Below are positions 34,992 to 45,297 of a DNA stretch of 64,000 nt, in pieces. Location: positions 1,984,001-2,048,000 of the forward strand of contig OZ244960.1 in the NCBI GenBank assembly GCA_965222605.1, written 5' to 3'. Below the pieces are notes generated by a model. That model was not told the DNA's origin. It did not search any database and was given only the letters and a program-made list of their open reading frames with translations. The stretch is from Candidatus Latescibacterota bacterium. GTDB lineage: Bacteria; Latescibacterota; UBA2968. How positions within the stretch are numbered: the stretch's first letter is position 1; each line of letters starts with the position of its first letter. The position numbers and the translations under genes were made by a program.

Positions 34992-37427
34992 ATGATCTGG
35001 AATTATCTCACCGTTGGATTCAGAAATCTGCGCCGGCACGCCTTCTATTCACTCCTGAATATCCTCGGATTGGCTGTGGGTATTGCGTGCATGTTATTGG
35101 CGGTATTGTATGTGGGTTATCAGTTTCGTTTTGACCAGCACCACGAAAAGAGCGACCGCATTTACAGAGTCATCCGAAAACTCCAGGATGTCAGCGGCGA
35201 ACGCTACGACCTGGGAACAAAGCCCGTCGCCCCTCATTTGCGCGACAAATTTCCCGAAGTTGAGGCAGTGACCCGGATGCTCGTAAGAGATATGTGGGCA
35301 TCTAACGAAGATCGCGGTTTCAATACGCGCGTTTGCATAACCGATGCGGAGATGTTCGACATTTTTACCCTACCAATGGTGGTCGGCGATCCCAAAACCG
35401 GACTAAACGATCCCCATACCGCGTTTCTCTCCCAGACATTGGCCCACAAATTGTTCGGCGATGAAGACCCGATAGGCAAGACCGTCAATATTCACTACAA
35501 ATGGTTTAAGGGCGATTTTACGGTTACCGGTATCCTGAAGGATCAACCAAAGACATCAAATGACAAGCTACAATTCGATTTTCTCACCACCACATATCCA
35601 CAACCATCGGATAAATATCCAGAAAACCGATGGCGAATACAGGTGTGGGAAGAGTGGCCCTCGACCTGGTTCATCGGACCGTTGCGGACCTATGTATTAT
35701 TACGCCAGGGAGCCGATGTTACTGAACTGCAAAAAAAACTACACGCTTTTGCTGCCGATCACCAGCTTGCCGGTCCTGAACGCTATGATTTCTATTTACA
35801 ACCGCTCGACCGCATCCATTTGTACTCGATGCAAGATTACGGCACCGCGGAGCTCAAAGCCGGGGACATCACGCGCTGCTATATGCTGCTATTCATCGGG
35901 CTGCTGGTGCTGTTGATCGCCTGCATCAATTACATCAATTTGATAACGGCGCGGTCAGCCAACCGGCTGCGCGAAGTTGGCCTGCGCAAGGTCGTGGGTG
36001 CAACGCGGTTGCAATTGATGGGTCAATTTTTGGGCGAGTCCCTGCTCATCGTCTTATTGGCAGGTGTGTTGGCAGTCTTGTTTGCCATCGATGCCCTGCC
36101 CTTTTTTAATAAATTCATGGGTATCGATCTGCATTTGACCGACGCAGGTTCGGCATTCGTCCTGGCACTGTCGCTGTGTGTATTATTGGGCACGGGCCTG
36201 CTCGCCGGAAGCTACCCGGCATTTGTCTTATCGGCATTTGAGCCGGTTCGCGCGTTAAAAGGCACGCTGCAATCTCGGCGCATGGGTTTGAATCAAGTGA
36301 TGGTTGTCCTGCAGTTCGGTGTGGCTGTGGTCTTGATCATCACGACACTGGTGGTGTACAGTCAGCTTGCGTTCGTGCGTAGCAAAGAACTGGGATTTGA
36401 AAAGGAACACACCGTCATTCTGCCGTTCTTTTTGAAAGACCGCGGACTGCGGCCACAGGCGAAAACAATCCTCAATGAATTGCGCGCACAGCCGGGTGTG
36501 TTAAAAGCATCAGCATTTCACCTGACGCCTGGGCAAATCGGTCCAGATAGACGCATTCTGCGCGCCGAAGGGCATGGCGATGAGACATTCAAGTTCTACT
36601 GGAACGGCATTGACGACAGTTATCTCGATCTGTTTGGATTGTCCATTGCATCGGGCAGGAACCTGATTGGTATGCCTGCCTTTCGCCAAATCGACGAGAA
36701 CAAATGGGAAGTTTCCGCGCTGATCAATGAGACAGCCGCGCAGGAACTCGGATGGGACGATCCTGTGGGCAAGTCTTTTTTTTCTACTAATGGCCGGGTT
36801 CAAAGCCGGGTAATCGGCGTGGTCAAGGATTATCACAACCAGTCGCTGCACTATGGCATTGCACCCATGATCTTGCAAAACTCCACCAGTGTGAACCGGA
36901 TTGCCGTACACCTGGCACCCGGGGACCTGAGGGCGCAACTCGCCACGCTGGAAAGCGTGTGGAAGCAGTTTTTGCCAACCCGACCTTTTGAGTATCAATT
37001 CTTCGACGAAGTACTCGATGCGTATTACCGATCGGAGATAACACTGCAAAAGGTATGCGGGATTTTTGCCGCGCTGTCAATTTTTATCAGTTGTTTGGGG
37101 ATGCTCGGATTGATCGCGTTTTCCGTACAACAACGCACCAAAGAGATCGGCATTCGCAAGGTACTCGGTGCTTCGGAGGGGAATATCATTCTGTTGCTAA
37201 CCCGCAATTTTCTGTGGCTAACTATCATAGCCAATGTGATCGGATGGCCGGTAGCGTATTTTCTGATGTCCTCCTGGCTCAATGATTTCGCCTACCGCAT
37301 CGAACTGGGACCACTTATGTTCATTGCCACGGGACTATTGACACTGGGAATTGTGCTCGTGACCGTGGGCGGACAAGCCTGGCGTGCGGCCTGCGCCAAT
37401 CCAGTTGACGCGCTGCGGGATGAGTGA
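34992..37427 (+). CDS. MacB/FtsX-type ABC permease (duplicated-domain, ~800 aa), paralog 1
   Basis: NILGLAVGIAC, DPIGK, LQPLDRIHLY, NLITARS.NRLREVGLRKVVGA, RTKEIGIRKVLGAS, NPVDALRDE; start 34992 after GGAGG. Confidence 0.93.
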   Translation: MIWNYLTVGFRNLRRHAFYSLLNILGLAVGIACMLLAVLYVGYQFRFDQHHEKSDRIYRVIRKLQDVSGERYDLGTKPVAPHLRDKFPEVEAVTRMLVRDMWASNEDRGFNTRVCITDAEMFDIFTLPMVVGDPKTGLNDPHTAFLSQTLAHKLFGDEDPIGKTVNIHYKWFKGDFTVTGILKDQPKTSNDKLQFDFLTTTYPQPSDKYPENRWRIQVWEEWPSTWFIGPLRTYVLLRQGADVTELQKKLHAFAADHQLAGPERYDFYLQPLDRIHLYSMQDYGTAELKAGDITRCYMLLFIGLLVLLIACINYINLITARSANRLREVGLRKVVGATRLQLMGQFLGESLLIVLLAGVLAVLFAIDALPFFNKFMGIDLHLTDAGSAFVLALSLCVLLGTGLLAGSYPAFVLSAFEPVRALKGTLQSRRMGLNQVMVVLQFGVAVVLIITTLVVYSQLAFVRSKELGFEKEHTVILPFFLKDRGLRPQAKTILNELRAQPGVLKASAFHLTPGQIGPDRRILRAEGHGDETFKFYWNGIDDSYLDLFGLSIASGRNLIGMPAFRQIDENKWEVSALINETAAQELGWDDPVGKSFFSTNGRVQSRVIGVVKDYHNQSLHYGIAPMILQNSTSVNRIAVHLAPGDLRAQLATLESVWKQFLPTRPFEYQFFDEVLDAYYRSEITLQKVCGIFAALSIFISCLGMLGLIAFSVQQRTKEIGIRKVLGASEGNIILLLTRNFLWLTIIANVIGWPVAYFLMSSWLNDFAYRIELGPLMFIATGLLTLGIVLVTVGGQAWRAACANPVDALRDE

Positions 37428-37498
37428 ACGGAGAGGCAAAGATTTTGAGGGCATTTTTTTTCATCCACCTGCTCGACTGAAAAAAAGGAGAAGATAAA

Positions 37499-39365
37499 AT
37501 GTATAAAACAATTAAAGTATTTGTTTTTCTGCTCGCCTTTGCACCATTGAATACCGCATTTTCTACTGAGTCCGCGGAAACGGTTTTTAATCAAGGGATT
37601 GATTACCTCTACGAAGGCGAATGGGAAAAAGCCGGCAAGTCATTCAAAAAAGCTATCGAATTAGATCCAAATTTTCAAAAAGCCCATGAATATTACCAGA
37701 ATGTCGAGTTCTTTTTCTTTGAGAGAAAGGAAGAAATACGCACCGAATACAGAGAACGGATCAAAAAAGACCCCCACAATGCTGTTCTATATGTTCTCTT
37801 AGCTCTGTTCTATATGTTCTCTTAGCTCGTATTCTTGATCGGAATTCTGACGAAAGAATTGAATTACTGGAGCAAGCAATAGGTATAGATTCAACCTTTA
37901 CGTCCGCTTATACTCAGTTGCTTTCGGCATACCGTCCGAATTATGAAAAAGCTCAAGATATCCTTTCAAAAGGATTAAAAATCCAGCCCCATTCAATCGA
38001 ATTGATTATGGCACAAGCAGGGTTGTTTGCATCCATGGGAGAACCTGAGCGCGCACAAGACCTGTATCGTAAAATCATCACGTCATATCCAGATTCAATT
38101 GATGCCTGCAGGGCTTATCGCGAACTTGCGTCTTCAGAAGAAAACGACGAAAAAAGAATAGAATTGCTGGAAAAGACGATGACTTTAATGGAACAAACGG
38201 ATTTCGTCTTTACTGATATATATTTGGATTTGTATCAAGCTTATGAAAAAACAAATCCTCAAAAGGCTGTAGATCTGGCCGAAAAAATAACCCAAATCCG
38301 TCCTCCTTTTTTCGATCGCCGGTCACCATTATTCGCATACCAATTTCTCTATGACCACTGGATCAAATCGGATACAACCAAAGCAACAGATGTAGCTGTT
38401 CAGGCTTTGAATTCCAATTCAAGAAACTTCAACATCTATTCATATCTGGGCTTTCAACTTATACAAATAGAAAGAGAGATTCCATTAGCGATCCAATTGC
38501 TTAACAAGGCTAAAAAATTCAATAATCCAGGCCAGTTGTGGGGACGTACTCACGGAAGTGATTACCCGCGCAGCCAAAGCGAATATTCAAAGACCTCTGA
38601 AGAATTGTATGCGTATTATGAAAGTTTGCTTGGACGTGCCAAATTTGTCAAAAAAGATTACACTGAAGCGATTCAGCATTTGTCGTCAGCAATTGGTAAA
38701 ATGGGCGATTCCGCTTTAGATGCTGAAGGCTATTTCTGGATGGGCAGAGCATACGAAAAGATAGAAAAGTGGGATGATGCACTGGTCGCATACGCAAATA
38801 GTTTGGCAGAAAGAGAAGATAAGAATGTGCGTAAGTTTGCCGAGCGTTTGGGAAGCCGAATTACTGGGCTTAAGACATCTGTTCCTGAAAAAAAGTCGTC
38901 ACTATTGATGAACTAATCTCGGAAGCACAGATCAAAAAAAGTATGCCTGCGCCAGATTTCCAGGCGGAGACCCTTAAGGGGAAAAAAGTCTCTTTGTCAG
39001 ACTATCAAGGCAAAGTTCTAATACTTGACTTTTGGGCTACATGGTGTGGACCCTGTTTAGCAGAATTGCCATATTTTCAAGAGTTAGTGAACCTTTACAA
39101 GGACGAACCATCTGTTGCTTTTCTCACAATTAGTCAGGATCGATCCAAAGATGTCGTCCGAAAATTCATGAAAAAAAAGGGTTACACATTTCCCGTTATT
39201 TTTGATACGGGTATGGGCCAACTTTTCGAAATTGAAGGCATTCCCGTCTTAATAGTTATTGACACAGAAGGAAAAATACGATACAGGCATTTTGGATTTG
39301 ATCCCAACAATGTTGACTTCATCCAACTGATGAAGAAAGAGATACAGATCGTCCTGATGAAATAA
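37499..39365 (+). pseudogene. TPR-repeat + TlpA/ResA thiol-disulfide oxidoreductase fusion, split into three ORFs
   Basis: A 23-bp tandem duplication (37782-37827) and an A7 tract (38888-38894) break one continuous frame; the C-terminal ORF 38943-39365 has DFWATWCGPCLAELP. Confidence 0.8.
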
Positions 39366-39466
39366 CCCGGTCGCTTATTGATGCAATACAGAAGCCTTGA
39401 GACGGGGCCTTCTTTCTCCTCACATTATGGCAGTAGTCAAGAATTCCCTTGCAGGAAGAAGACCCA

Positions 39467-40273
39467 ATGGAACATCCATCAAGACACCAGACCACTTTGG
39501 GAGACGATGCGACGTATGGACTTGGCGAAATCACGCTTCAACATCCACCCGAAACGTCTCCTATTACCCCAGCCACTCGTATCTCAATCGAGGCCATCGG
39601 CGTACACAAACACCTGTTTCAAGGCATTGGCATCGATTGGGGATGCGGCGGCGGATGTCTCTCCATCGCTGCCAGTCGGATTCAGGACGTGAACCGCGTG
39701 GTTGGATTTGACATTTCAAAAGACAATATGGCGACAGCCAGCGAGAACGCGCGGTTGAACAAAGTCGAAGCAAAAACCAAATTCATGCGCTCTAACGCCT
39801 TCGAGCCGTTTTCCGATACGGACCGACGTGAATTGGAAAGCCTGAAAGGAAAAGTGAATTTTATATTGGCCAACCCACCGTCCAGTGAGAACGATGACGG
39901 ATTCGAGTTCAGGAGAATCGTTCTGCGCGATGTCAGAGAATTCCTGGTAAGCGGAGGTTGTGTATTCCTCAGTATCTCCTATCAGTACGGCATGCCACGG
40001 ATTACCAATTTGGAGAAAGACGTTCCAGGATTCCATCACGAAGGCGTTCTGGCGACCACGGATTGTGTTCCATTTGATCTTGAGCGATCAGACCTGATGC
40101 ACTGTTTGGAATCATACGCGCTTGAAGAAGACAGAGGTGGACTCGAATACACCTTTTGCAACCCATTGCAACCATCTGAAAGCCTGGACGCACGGGCCTC
40201 TTTGAAGCTATTCAATCAAACGCAGCAAAGCCCCTTATCGAGATGGCAAACCCATCTATTCAGGTATTCCTGA
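39467..40273 (+). CDS. Class I SAM-dependent methyltransferase (HemK/RsmC-like)
   Basis: GIDWGCGGG and ILANPP motifs. Confidence 0.85.
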   Translation: MEHPSRHQTTLGDDATYGLGEITLQHPPETSPITPATRISIEAIGVHKHLFQGIGIDWGCGGGCLSIAASRIQDVNRVVGFDISKDNMATASENARLNKVEAKTKFMRSNAFEPFSDTDRRELESLKGKVNFILANPPSSENDDGFEFRRIVLRDVREFLVSGGCVFLSISYQYGMPRITNLEKDVPGFHHEGVLATTDCVPFDLERSDLMHCLESYALEEDRGGLEYTFCNPLQPSESLDARASLKLFNQTQQSPLSRWQTHLFRYS

Positions 40274-40315
40274 TCAACCTTTTGTAGAATTGAGTTCTCC
40301 AAAGGAGATATTAAG

Positions 40316-42751
40316 ATGTTTCGCAATTATATCCTCATAGCAGTTCGAAACTTGCTCAAGTATAAATTTTATTCCGCTATAAACATCATTGGACTCGGAA
40401 TAGGTATCGCCTCTGTAATCTTGATCATGCTATTTATTCAGGATCAAGATAGCTATGATAGCCAGCATGTGAATCGGGATCGAATTTATCGTGTGATTCG
40501 AGCATATAAGTCTGAAAATGGGGAAAAAGTATATGATTGGAGATTGTCTGGCGCGACAGGCCCTGCACTGGTTCAAGATCTTCCCGAAGTTGAGGCAGCC
40601 GTTCGCACTATGATACGTCGTGAATGGATTCAACACGAGGATAAGATTTTTAATCAAGCCTTTTGCCTCGCCGATCCCAATTTTCTGGATATTTTCACGT
40701 TTCCTCTTATTCGCGGAGATAAAACAGCGTTATTACAACCCAACTCGGTTTTGATAACCGAATCAGCCGCAAAAAAGTTTTTTGGCGAAAAAGACCCAAT
40801 TGGAAAAGTGATCAATGTAGGGGAAGGTTACGTCGAGGGTGATTATACGATTGCCGGTATCATGCGCGATGTCTTAACGCATAGCACATTGCAATTTGAT
40901 TTTCTTTCCTATTCTGTTCACCCAGAATTTACCACCTGGCATGAATGGCGGCCCAGAGCCAGATGGCGTGCGTTTTCCATTTTTGTACTATTGAAAAAGG
41001 ACATTTCTCCAGCCTCTCTCGAATCTAAATTTTCCGCATTCATTGAACGTCATATGGGACGGGAGATTGCCGTAACCATGGAGTATTTCTTACAACCTTT
41101 AGAGGAAGTTTATCTTTATTCCAAACGGGATTACGATCTCAGGCATACGTATGCATCAGAGGGTAAGATACCCCAGGGTAACATCACACAAATTAACACA
41201 GTATTTTTTGCAGCAATTTTTATTTTGCTTATTGCTTGTATCAACTTCACAAATTTGGCAACTGCACGGTCCGCAAACAGGGCCAGGGAAGTTGGCCTTC
41301 GGAAAGTCGTTGGTGCCAGTCGAAAAAATTTGATATGTCAGTTCATAGGAGAATCATCCTTACTGGCAGTTATAAGTTTAATTATTGGCATTAGCATCGT
41401 AGAACTCGCACTTCCAATATTTAATACCTATGCGGGAATCCATCTCTCCCTGGATTTCAACAGTGGTTTAATACTGGAGTTTCTGGGATTGGCTCTATTG
41501 GTAAGCCTTATAGGAGGATTTTATCCGGCGTTTTATTTATCACACTTTCGACCTATAGAAACACTGAGGGGAAGGCTTAATACAGGATCCCGAGGTAAGG
41601 TGCTACGGCAAGCCCTCATCATATTTCAATTTGGGATCTCAATCGTCTTGATTGTTGTGACATTTATTGTGCTCGGACAGGTACACTATATTCAAAATAA
41701 GAACCTTGGTTTCGTCAAAGACCAGGTAATCGCAATGCCGATCTTCTGGGAACATCGCAAATCACCAGACGGCATGAACGATTCCCTGAATAAAAGGTAT
41801 AATATTGTAAAACAAGCATTTTTGCAACATCCGAACATTACCAAAGCCACCATATCGCGTTTTAAGCACGGCATAGATGCGCCTCTTAATTCCTTCAGTG
41901 CTTATCAAGGTGAACAAAACGAGAGGTGGATGCAAATAAACGAGGTTGACGAAGACTTTATTCCGTTTTTTGACATTGAACTAATTGCGGGCCGAAATTT
42001 TTCAAAAAATGCTGTAAGTAACTTTTTTTCAGGAGAACAGGAATATATCCTCAATGAGGCAGCTATTAAGGCACTGGGATGGACAGCACCGATAGGCAAA
42101 AGATTCGGATTTAAAGAGCAGAAATCAGGTGTCGTTGTAGGTGTCGTAAAAAACTATCACACGCAATCTTTGTATGAACCTATTGAACCTATGGTATTAT
42201 GTCCCAGTGATTATGTTGCTAAAATACTCTATCTCAGAGTCTCACCTGAATACTTCGACGAAACAGTAGCATTTATGAAGCAGACTTGGGAACAGTTTTT
42301 ACCTTCGCGTCCCTTCAGTTATACTTTCCTGGATGATGATTTAATGCTGCAATATGAAAATGAACGCCAATTGAGCAAAGCTATTGGTGTGTTCTCTATG
42401 CTGTCCATCTTTATAGCTTGTTTGGGGCTTTTGGGCCTTGTTTCATTTTTGGCCGAACAGAGGAGAAAGGAAGTAGGGATTCGGAAAGTACTGGGTGCGT
42501 CAGAAACCAATATCATCATGTTAATGCTTACAGAGTCTTTTAAGCTTTTTCTAATTGCCTACCTATTGGCAGGACCCATCTCTTATATGGCTATCATGAG
42601 CTGGCTACAAGGATTCGCATATCGCATTGACATGACAATATTTCCTTTCTTAGTAGGCGGAATATGTGCGTTTACGATATCTATATTTTCTGTGATACCT
42701 CAGGTATTGAAAGCTGCTCATATTAATCCTGTGGAGGCATTAAAACATTAA
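40316..42751 (+). CDS. MacB/FtsX-type ABC permease, paralog 2
   Basis: Same signature motifs as paralog 1; ends NPVEALKH. Confidence 0.93.
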   Translation: MFRNYILIAVRNLLKYKFYSAINIIGLGIGIASVILIMLFIQDQDSYDSQHVNRDRIYRVIRAYKSENGEKVYDWRLSGATGPALVQDLPEVEAAVRTMIRREWIQHEDKIFNQAFCLADPNFLDIFTFPLIRGDKTALLQPNSVLITESAAKKFFGEKDPIGKVINVGEGYVEGDYTIAGIMRDVLTHSTLQFDFLSYSVHPEFTTWHEWRPRARWRAFSIFVLLKKDISPASLESKFSAFIERHMGREIAVTMEYFLQPLEEVYLYSKRDYDLRHTYASEGKIPQGNITQINTVFFAAIFILLIACINFTNLATARSANRAREVGLRKVVGASRKNLICQFIGESSLLAVISLIIGISIVELALPIFNTYAGIHLSLDFNSGLILEFLGLALLVSLIGGFYPAFYLSHFRPIETLRGRLNTGSRGKVLRQALIIFQFGISIVLIVVTFIVLGQVHYIQNKNLGFVKDQVIAMPIFWEHRKSPDGMNDSLNKRYNIVKQAFLQHPNITKATISRFKHGIDAPLNSFSAYQGEQNERWMQINEVDEDFIPFFDIELIAGRNFSKNAVSNFFSGEQEYILNEAAIKALGWTAPIGKRFGFKEQKSGVVVGVVKNYHTQSLYEPIEPMVLCPSDYVAKILYLRVSPEYFDETVAFMKQTWEQFLPSRPFSYTFLDDDLMLQYENERQLSKAIGVFSMLSIFIACLGLLGLVSFLAEQRRKEVGIRKVLGASETNIIMLMLTESFKLFLIAYLLAGPISYMAIMSWLQGFAYRIDMTIFPFLVGGICAFTISIFSVIPQVLKAAHINPVEALKH

Positions 42752-42781
42752 ATAACCAACGCTTCAAGATGGGAGGTCAAA

Positions 42782-45193
42782 ATGGTTTTGAGTTATCTCC
42801 GCACATCTTTCCGCAATCTTTTTCGGCACCGCCTTTACACGCTCGTCAACATCCTTGGCCTTGCCGTGGGGATGGCGGCTTGTATCCTCGTTGGTCTGTT
42901 CTTGCAGCACGAGTTCAGCTATGACGCCTATCATCGGGACATAGACCGCATTCATCGCGTGCTAAGGCTTGTACACCCATCAGGTGGCAACCTTCCATAC
43001 TATCCATTCGGCACTCAATATCGGGCTGGCTCCACACTTGTCAATGAATTGCCCGAAATTGAAGATATGACTCACTTCATCACGCGGCCCATGTGGGCTG
43101 GTCTTGAAGATCGCGGCTTCGATGTGCGCGGTACTGTGGCCGATCCCAACTTCCTGCGCTTTTTCACCTTTCCCTTGATCGACGGCAGCCAGCCACCCGA
43201 ATTAACACCTGGAACCGTCTATATCACAGAAAGTTTTGCACAAAAGCTCTTTGGCACCACTAAAGTTATCGGGCGAACGCTCAAGATTTACTACAAGTGG
43301 GTGGAAGGCGACTTCAACATCGGCGGTATTCTCCGCGATCAGCCAGCTACCACGTCGGGTGAGTTTGTGTTTGACCTGTTAGTCACTTATGAGGGAATCC
43401 CCGATTCCGCAGGTCCACCCTGGAGAAGGCAGTGGTCTCCCACAACAAGATTGCTCGTTCTAAAAACCTTTGTTCGGCTCGCGCCTGATGCTTCCCTATC
43501 ATCTCTTCGTCCCAAGCTGGATGATTTTGCACGCCGCCATCTGGGCAATGGCGCTGATCCGCGTGACACCTACGACCTTATGCCTTTGCGTCGTCAGCAT
43601 TTGCATGCCCGACGCGATTTCCAATTGCAGATGGGTGTGTTGGACCAGCAGGACGGCCTTGTGCAGGGGGACATCAACCGCTGCTATGCTTTTGGCCTTG
43701 TAGGGGCAATCATTTTGGCGCTGGCATGTGTCAATTTTGTAAACCTCTCCACAGCACGGGGAGCGAACCGCGCCCTGGAGGTTGGTGTGCGCAAGGCCGT
43801 GGGATCCACACGCGCCCAGCTTGTCACCCAGTTTCTCGGAGAGACTATTCTCCTCGCCGGGATATCGGCTATTTTAGCACTTGCCATTGTCGAACTAACA
43901 CTTCCCATAGTGAATAGCGTACTAATTTCTTCTTTACAAATAAACATCTGGTCCGTCGTTGGTGCTGCATTGCTCGCGCTCTTTGTCGGCCTAACTGCTG
44001 GTGCCTATCCAGCGGTATTCCTATCATCCTTTGTCGCGGCACAAGTCTTAAAAGGATCAGGACAGAAGATCGGCGGACAATCCCAACTCCGGCGAAGTCT
44101 GGTAACTCTTCAGTTTGCCATTTCGGTAGCCCTCGTCATTGGTACCCTCATTGCCTGGCAGCAAACAAACTATATCCGCACACGCGACCTCGGGTTTGCA
44201 AAAGAGGGCTTGATTACAATGCCCCTGCTTAAAGAAGATCGACGCTTGCGTGAGCACTTTGAAAGCATTCGAGACCGTTTTGAAGCAAGTCCCGACGTTC
44301 TGGACGCGACTGTTTCTCAGGCTCCGCCCGGTTATGAAAATAATACTGATCGCTCGCTAATGAGACGGCTGGACCTGACGGATTCCGTGAATGTCCACTT
44401 CTTGTCGGTGGATCATAAATTTACCGAGGTCTATGACATCCCCATCCTCGAAGGCAGGCCGTTGGCCCTAACTGACAAGGACCAATTAAACTTGCTCCTG
44501 AACGAAACAGCCGCTCAGACACTGGGCGGCGTAAAACCGGGTACCGTCCTGCGCGTTTGGGGGAGGGATTTCACTGTCGTTGGTATTTTCAAAGACTTTC
44601 ACAACAGCAGTCTGCACAATCCCGTGCGTCCCTTGATGCTTAGATATCGACCAGATTACGATTATGTCACCGTCAAAGTACGTATGGACAACCTGCCCAA
44701 AACACTGGATTTTCTCGCATCAGTCTGGAAGGATTATGTACCGGCTCACGCCTTCAAATTCCTCTTTGTCGATGAGTTTCTAAACAACTTCTACCGCGGC
44801 GAGATGCGTACCCAGAACGCCTTCACCTATCTTTCGGGCCTGGCCATTTTTGTCGCCTGTCTGGGGCTTTTGGGTCTGATTGCCTATACCACAGAAGTCC
44901 GCACCAAAGAAATCGGTGTTCGCAAGGTCCTTGGTGCATCATCTGGCGATATTCTAATTCTCCTCCTGAAAGAATTTGCGGTGCTCATCATCGTCGCAAG
45001 TCTGCTGGCATGGCCTGCCGCATATCTCTTCACCCGGTCCTATCTCGACCGCTTTGCCTACCGAATTGATCTGGATCCAGGCGTGTTTCTCGCCGGAAGC
45101 CTGCTGGTGCTTTTGATCGCGTTCTGCACCATCAGCTTTCAAGCCGTCCGTGCTGCACGCGCCAATCCAGTTGACGCGCTGCGTTATGAGTGA
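42782..45193 (+). CDS. MacB/FtsX-type ABC permease, paralog 3
   Basis: Same signature motifs; ends NPVDALRYE. Confidence 0.93.
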   Translation: MVLSYLRTSFRNLFRHRLYTLVNILGLAVGMAACILVGLFLQHEFSYDAYHRDIDRIHRVLRLVHPSGGNLPYYPFGTQYRAGSTLVNELPEIEDMTHFITRPMWAGLEDRGFDVRGTVADPNFLRFFTFPLIDGSQPPELTPGTVYITESFAQKLFGTTKVIGRTLKIYYKWVEGDFNIGGILRDQPATTSGEFVFDLLVTYEGIPDSAGPPWRRQWSPTTRLLVLKTFVRLAPDASLSSLRPKLDDFARRHLGNGADPRDTYDLMPLRRQHLHARRDFQLQMGVLDQQDGLVQGDINRCYAFGLVGAIILALACVNFVNLSTARGANRALEVGVRKAVGSTRAQLVTQFLGETILLAGISAILALAIVELTLPIVNSVLISSLQINIWSVVGAALLALFVGLTAGAYPAVFLSSFVAAQVLKGSGQKIGGQSQLRRSLVTLQFAISVALVIGTLIAWQQTNYIRTRDLGFAKEGLITMPLLKEDRRLREHFESIRDRFEASPDVLDATVSQAPPGYENNTDRSLMRRLDLTDSVNVHFLSVDHKFTEVYDIPILEGRPLALTDKDQLNLLLNETAAQTLGGVKPGTVLRVWGRDFTVVGIFKDFHNSSLHNPVRPLMLRYRPDYDYVTVKVRMDNLPKTLDFLASVWKDYVPAHAFKFLFVDEFLNNFYRGEMRTQNAFTYLSGLAIFVACLGLLGLIAYTTEVRTKEIGVRKVLGASSGDILILLLKEFAVLIIVASLLAWPAAYLFTRSYLDRFAYRIDLDPGVFLAGSLLVLLIAFCTISFQAVRAARANPVDALRYE

Positions 45194-45297
45194 ATGGAGA
45201 TGCAAAGATTTCGAGGGCATTTCGATGAACCGCGCTTTACCAAGACCACGACAATACTGGGATGAATACGCATCCAGATTCAAGAAAGGAAACAACA

